Origin: an uncultured delta proteobacterium
GTDB lineage: Bacteria; Desulfobacterota; Binatia; HRBIN30; BPIQ01
Assembly: GCA_963761335.1 (NCBI GenBank)
Contig: CAVXGR010000007.1
Span: 64,001 to 128,000 of the forward strand
Direction of reading: 5' to 3'
Length of the DNA stretch: 64,000 nucleotides
Under the pieces are notes generated by a model. It did no database searches and was not told the origin of the DNA. It saw only the letters and a program-made list of their open reading frames with translations. The position numbers and the translations under genes are program-made. Of this stretch, positions 59,527 through 64,000 are shown in pieces (within the stretch, counting starts at the first letter, position 1; each line of letters opens with the position of its first letter).

Positions 59527-60153
59527 TCACATTCGCCGCGACTCCTTGGCGAACAGCAGCGCCAGCACGAGGTGGGCGGGCACGGAGATCAGCGCCACCA
59601 GCTCGCCGGACAGACCATAGCTGACACCGGCACCGATGAGCAGCAGGGCGTATGGCCGCAACAGCCCAGCGCCGGCGTCAGGGGGCAAGCGAAGAAGAGC
59701 GTAGCCGAGGGCGATCGAGAGGATCTCGATCGCCAGGTAGAAGAGGTAACCGTAGCCGACCGAGATGCTGTAGAGGCCGAACACGGGCAGCCTGTAGACA
59801 GAAAAGCTGTCGGCGCCACTGCCGATCAGCCCCAAGCGCGCGAAGCCGTCGAACGCACACACGACCACCGTCGCCGCGACGAGATGGTCGGCGCCGAGAA
59901 ATTGCTGGCGGCGATGCAGCCAATCGCGGAGGCATACGAGCAGGTAGATCTGACCGCCGCGAAGGACCAGCACAAGCAGCACCTTCATCAGGACCGGTAG
60001 ACCAGCCGTTACCCCTGGCGTCACCAGAAAGGAGAGCCACAGCCCGGCCGAGACGAAGGCCACCACGGAGCCGAGGGCGAGGTACGACTGCGCACTTGCT
60101 TCACTGCTCACCGCTCCCCTGGAGAGGCGACTTGCGGCTGCATTTGCTCCCAT
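59527..60153 (-). CDS. Multi-pass membrane hypothetical protein
   Basis: About six hydrophobic segments; starts 10 bp after the kinase stop on the same strand. Confidence 0.7.
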   Translation of the reverse strand: MGANAAASRLSRGAVSSEASAQSYLALGSVVAFVSAGLWLSFLVTPGVTAGLPVLMKVLLVLVLRGGQIYLLVCLRDWLHRRQQFLGADHLVAATVVVCAFDGFARLGLIGSGADSFSVYRLPVFGLYSISVGYGYLFYLAIEILSIALGYALLRLPPDAGAGLLRPYALLLIGAGVSYGLSGELVALISVPAHLVLALLFAKESRRM

Positions 60154-60163
60154 CGCGATTCCC

Positions 60164-62068
60164 TCAGGCCGACGCCGCGACCAGCTCCGCCTCGACCCCC
60201 GCGGCACCGCCGTCGTCGCGCAGCTCGGCGTCGATCTCACGCAGGTCCGCAGCGGCGCTGCGGGCCGCCGCGACTTCGTGGGTCTCCTCGATCTTCTGCA
60301 GCACGCCGAGCAGGTTCACCAGCGACACGTAGATGCGGCCGTGCAGGTCCGCGAGCTCTTCATACGTCGTCAGCTCCTCGTCCAACTTCGCCTTGGCAGC
60401 GATCAGACGATCGAGGTCTTCGGCGCCGGCGCGCTCGATCGCCAGCACCGCGGCCCGCATGCGCTCGCGGATGTCGGCCACCCCGGTGCGTGCCAGATAG
60501 CCCTCGTAGCTCTCGAGCCTTCCCGCCGCACGGATCGCCTCCCTGACCGTGGCGGCGATCGATCTGGGATCGAAGATCGACACGGTGTGCGCCAGAGATC
60601 GATGCAGTCGCAGGGTGACGGCGGCGATCCGGCCGAGGATGTCCTTCAATTTCGCGTCCCGCAGCTCGCGGATCTCGGCGGCGAGCTCCCGCGCCAGCGG
60701 GTCCGCGCCTGGCGACCGCGACTTCTGTCGGCGCGGCTGCGCCAGCGGCTGGGTACGAACCTGGTAGAGGAGGTAGAGCGAGGTCTCCGCGAACGCCGTG
60801 ATCGCCAGCACGCCGATGGCGCTGGACGTATCGGTCAGCCACAACAAGGGCAGGAGCAGCAACGCCCCGAGAAGAGCGAAGGCGACAGGGAGGTCGAAGC
60901 GACCGGCGAGGCGATCGGTGATCTTCAAGACGCACGGCGCACCGCCAAGATGATGGGCAACGGCCTCCGCGGCGCCGCGACTGACGCCGGAGACGAGGAC
61001 CACCGGGAAACGGTTGAGCCCCGACAGGCGTGGCGCCACGTTGAAGTCCGGCGACAGCAGATCGCGTACCCGCACCGTGTCGTCGCAGCCCTCGAGGAGG
61101 ACGGCGAAAGGCCCCGGATCCAGCCGCAATTGGGTGAAGGTGCCACAGCCGGCGCAGAAAGGCAGCCCCGCGATCAGGTCGTGCTCGCAGTGGACGCAGC
61201 TCGCCACCGTTTTCGGAACCGCCGAAGCAGAGGTCTTCTCACCTTTCTCCAGGCTGCGGAGGATCTCCCAGGAGCTCTGCGGCCGGTCGGCGGGATCGAC
61301 ACGCAGGCAGCGCAGGATCAGGCCGTGGAGCCAGAGTGGCACGTCGGCGCGCAGCGAGGAGAGCGGCTCGATCGCCTCGCTCATCTGGCTCTGCATCACC
61401 GCCGCCAGCGATGCGCCGCGATGCGGCGGCCGTCCGGCGAGGAGGGCGTACAGCAGCGCTCCGATGCCGTAGAGGTCGGAACGCGGGTCGGGGCGCGTCG
61501 TGCGAAACATCTCCGGCGCCATGTACTCCGGCGTGCCGATCATCGCACCGGTCATTGTAATGTCCGCCAGCGCCGTCATCTTCGACATGCCGAAGTCGAC
61601 GACCTTGACGTCGAGCCGCTCGTCGACCAAGACGTTCTGCGGCTTGAGATCGCGGTGCAGGACGCGGGCGCGGTGACAGGCGTCGATCGCGGCCGCCACC
61701 GCCCGCCCGATGGCGATCGTCTCCTTCACCGTCATCGGGCCACGGCGGGAGATGCATGTCCCGCAATCGGTGCCGTCGAACAGCTCCATACAGAGGATCG
61801 GCACGCCGTCCTCTTCCAGAAAATCGTACACCTGGATCACGTTCGGATGGCGGACACGGCGCAGGATCTTGAGCTCACGGGCGAAGCGCTCGACCGCGGC
61901 CGGGTCTGTGGCCAGCATGGGATCGAGCACCTTGAGAGCCACCCGCGAGTCGGTCTCCGTGTCGACGGCCGCGTACACGGCGGATGTCCGACCGAGGCCG
62001 AGGCGCGACTCGATCGCGAAGCGTCCGGCGACGCGGCAACCGGCGGGCAGGTTGCGATACGACCTCAT
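60164..62068 (-). CDS. Hanks-type Ser/Thr kinase with zinc ribbon, TM hairpin and helical C-terminus
   Basis: VALKVL, HRDLKPQN, DFG, YMAPE; CVHC..CAGC; ATGA overlap with the upstream kinase. Confidence 0.92.
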   Translation of the reverse strand: MRSYRNLPAGCRVAGRFAIESRLGLGRTSAVYAAVDTETDSRVALKVLDPMLATDPAAVERFARELKILRRVRHPNVIQVYDFLEEDGVPILCMELFDGTDCGTCISRRGPMTVKETIAIGRAVAAAIDACHRARVLHRDLKPQNVLVDERLDVKVVDFGMSKMTALADITMTGAMIGTPEYMAPEMFRTTRPDPRSDLYGIGALLYALLAGRPPHRGASLAAVMQSQMSEAIEPLSSLRADVPLWLHGLILRCLRVDPADRPQSSWEILRSLEKGEKTSASAVPKTVASCVHCEHDLIAGLPFCAGCGTFTQLRLDPGPFAVLLEGCDDTVRVRDLLSPDFNVAPRLSGLNRFPVVLVSGVSRGAAEAVAHHLGGAPCVLKITDRLAGRFDLPVAFALLGALLLLPLLWLTDTSSAIGVLAITAFAETSLYLLYQVRTQPLAQPRRQKSRSPGADPLARELAAEIRELRDAKLKDILGRIAAVTLRLHRSLAHTVSIFDPRSIAATVREAIRAAGRLESYEGYLARTGVADIRERMRAAVLAIERAGAEDLDRLIAAKAKLDEELTTYEELADLHGRIYVSLVNLLGVLQKIEETHEVAAARSAAADLREIDAELRDDGGAAGVEAELVAASA

Positions 62069-63975
62069 CGAAAACCCTCGATTTCCTTGCAGACCTCGCG
62101 GGCGAGCGGCAGATCGCGCTCGAGGCCGCGAACGCATTCCGCCAGCATGTCGGTCGCCGATTGATCGAGCGGCGCTTGCTGCGCGAGGGCTCGGCCCACG
62201 AGTCGGTTGAAGACATAGTGCAGAAAGATCAGCCGATTGTGCAGAGCCGTCACCTTCTCCTCGAGAAGGTAATGGGCGCGGAGCGCGCCGCCGGCGCGCT
62301 CCTGGCGCGCCCCGTCCACGTCGGCGTCATCGGCGGCGTCCACATAGGCGCGAGCCCGATCTGCGAGCGCCGCCGAGCCCAGCGCTTCGCTCACCTCCGA
62401 GCACATTGCCCCTAGCTCGGCGGCGCTCTCGAGGATCTTCTCCAGCGCCAGCCGCACCTCACCCGAAAGCTGGGCGACCAGCCTCTGCAGCAGCAAATAT
62501 CTTTCCACCAAGCTGGCGACGCACGCTTTCATCTCCTCGGTCCGTTGAGGCTTGAGCCACGGCAGCAGGTGTTCCATCCAGCCGTGGTCGTGGGCGAGGC
62601 GGCGAGCCAGAGACGTCGAGGTAGGCCACAACGGCAGCACCTCGATGAGCTGGAAGCGGCGGAGAAATACACCGGCCAGCCCCAAGAGCGCCGCGGACAT
62701 CAGCACCCGTGGGAGGCTCAAATCCAAAACGAACGGTCCTGGCATCAGAGGCAGGGCCACGCTCAAGATCACCGGACGGGTGACCGTCGCAGCGAGCACC
62801 AGCGGCGCGGCCTTGCGCACCTCCAGATACGGAGAGCGCCGGCGCACCGACAGCCCCAACCCGTGATTCGCAGCGCTGCGAGCCAACAGCTGCGCCGGAA
62901 GCGCATCCAGCCCCGATAGCAGCAGCGTCCTGCCGCGGCGCTCGGGGCGCTTCTCGATGCCCAGGACGTCGCGCGCGTACTCGTCCAGCTTCTCGTCGTT
63001 CTCGTCCTCCGCACACACGATCTCGCACTCGCCCGGCTTCTGCAGCTCGGCGGTGCTCCAGCCGCACGAGAGGCAGACATCCAGCTCGGCGAGCGTCGCC
63101 GCGCCACAGCTCGCGCACCGCCGCTTGCGCAGCGACGGAAGATCGCGACAGAGCACCCGCCGGCGGGAGATGTCGGCGAGCACCTCGTCCGCCAGCTGGT
63201 AGCGCTCGTGCGGCCGCTTTGCCAGGAGCCGCTCGAGCAGATGCGCAAACCATTCCGGCACCTCGGGACGGATCTCCTGCAGCGAGGGGATCGGCGCGGT
63301 GAGGTGGTGATGGCAGAGAACAGCCAGCGAGTCGCCCTGAAACGGCGGGCGTCCCGCCAGCAGCTCGAAGGCAATGATACCGGCGGCATAGAGGTCGGTC
63401 CGCGCGTCGTGCGCGTTGCGGCCGAAGAGCTCCGGGGCCATGTACTCCGGCGATCCGATTGAGGCGCCTGTCTGTGTCAGCTCCGAGAGCGAGGTCATCT
63501 TGGCGATGCCAAAGTCGAGGAGGCGCACGCCGACCGCCGGATCGACGATGGCGTTGTGCGGCTTGAGATCGCGGTGAATGACGTTCTTTGCATGGCAAGC
63601 CGCGAGAACGTCGAGGATCTCGACCAGCAACTCGAGCGCCCGCTCAAAGTCGAGGGGGTGGGCCGCTCGCACCAGCCGGCGCAGATCGGGCCCGTCGACG
63701 TACTCCATGACCAGATACGTCTGCTCCGCCTCGCGCACCAGATCGTACACGGCGACGATGCGCGGATGGCCGACCAGCCGGGTGATCTGCAGCTCACGGC
63801 GGAAGCGCTCCACCGAGATGTCGTCCGTCTGCAGGTGGGGCTTCAGCATCTTGACGGCGACGAGCGAGTCGGTGCGCGTATCGCGAGCCCGGTAGACCCA
63901 CGCGGAGGCGCCTTCGCCTATACGCTCGACATCCTGAAATCGTTCGGGAAGCATCCGCGCTCGTCCGCTGTCCAC
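62065..63975 (-). CDS. Hanks-type Ser/Thr kinase with zinc ribbon, TM hairpin and helical C-terminus
   Basis: IGEGASA, VAVKML, HRDLKPHN, DFG, YMAPE; CASC..CLSC. Start GTG 63975 or ATG 63954. Confidence 0.92.
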   Translation of the reverse strand: MDSGRARMLPERFQDVERIGEGASAWVYRARDTRTDSLVAVKMLKPHLQTDDISVERFRRELQITRLVGHPRIVAVYDLVREAEQTYLVMEYVDGPDLRRLVRAAHPLDFERALELLVEILDVLAACHAKNVIHRDLKPHNAIVDPAVGVRLLDFGIAKMTSLSELTQTGASIGSPEYMAPELFGRNAHDARTDLYAAGIIAFELLAGRPPFQGDSLAVLCHHHLTAPIPSLQEIRPEVPEWFAHLLERLLAKRPHERYQLADEVLADISRRRVLCRDLPSLRKRRCASCGAATLAELDVCLSCGWSTAELQKPGECEIVCAEDENDEKLDEYARDVLGIEKRPERRGRTLLLSGLDALPAQLLARSAANHGLGLSVRRRSPYLEVRKAAPLVLAATVTRPVILSVALPLMPGPFVLDLSLPRVLMSAALLGLAGVFLRRFQLIEVLPLWPTSTSLARRLAHDHGWMEHLLPWLKPQRTEEMKACVASLVERYLLLQRLVAQLSGEVRLALEKILESAAELGAMCSEVSEALGSAALADRARAYVDAADDADVDGARQERAGGALRAHYLLEEKVTALHNRLIFLHYVFNRLVGRALAQQAPLDQSATDMLAECVRGLERDLPLAREVCKEIEGFR

Positions 63976-64000
63976 CAGTCGGCTCCTGAAACCACGAACC

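Overview
GC-rich bacterial chromosomal window. A MYXO-CTERM-like anchor, Thr/Pro linkers and a C-terminal CxxDCDGxGxVT module suggest a Binatia/deltaproteobacterial-type organism (inference). About 50 protein-coding genes were called; no rRNA, tRNA or CRISPR array was recognised. Gene content: P-type ATPase, RND efflux pair, AGCS symporter, amidase, YbhG/F/S/R-like ABC exporter, M28 peptidase, HPF-hypothetical-HDAC cluster, circularly permuted ATP-grasp/alpha-E/transglutaminase operon ending in two M14 peptidases, GH38, GH63 and GH5 hydrolases, an acyl-CoA dehydrogenase pair, a sigma54 two-component system next to DUF6502/DUF5666, PspA and two tandem Ser/Thr kinases. The intergenic DNA is crowded with palindromic repeat families. 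Main highlights: (1) a complete IS1111-type (IS110 family) element inserted into a REP-like palindrome; an empty homologous site is in the same window, and candidate target and donor guides of a bridge/seek RNA plus a circle-junction promoter can be read directly. (2) A 13-copy 41-bp heptamer-periodic inverted-repeat family that brackets four-helix-bundle genes and a low-GC gene fragment held between 93-bp direct repeats. (3) Three 17-bp palindromic operator-like boxes beside a DUF6502 gene, facing a secreted protein with mirror-symmetric cysteine spacing. All calls are by eye from motifs; no database search was run.
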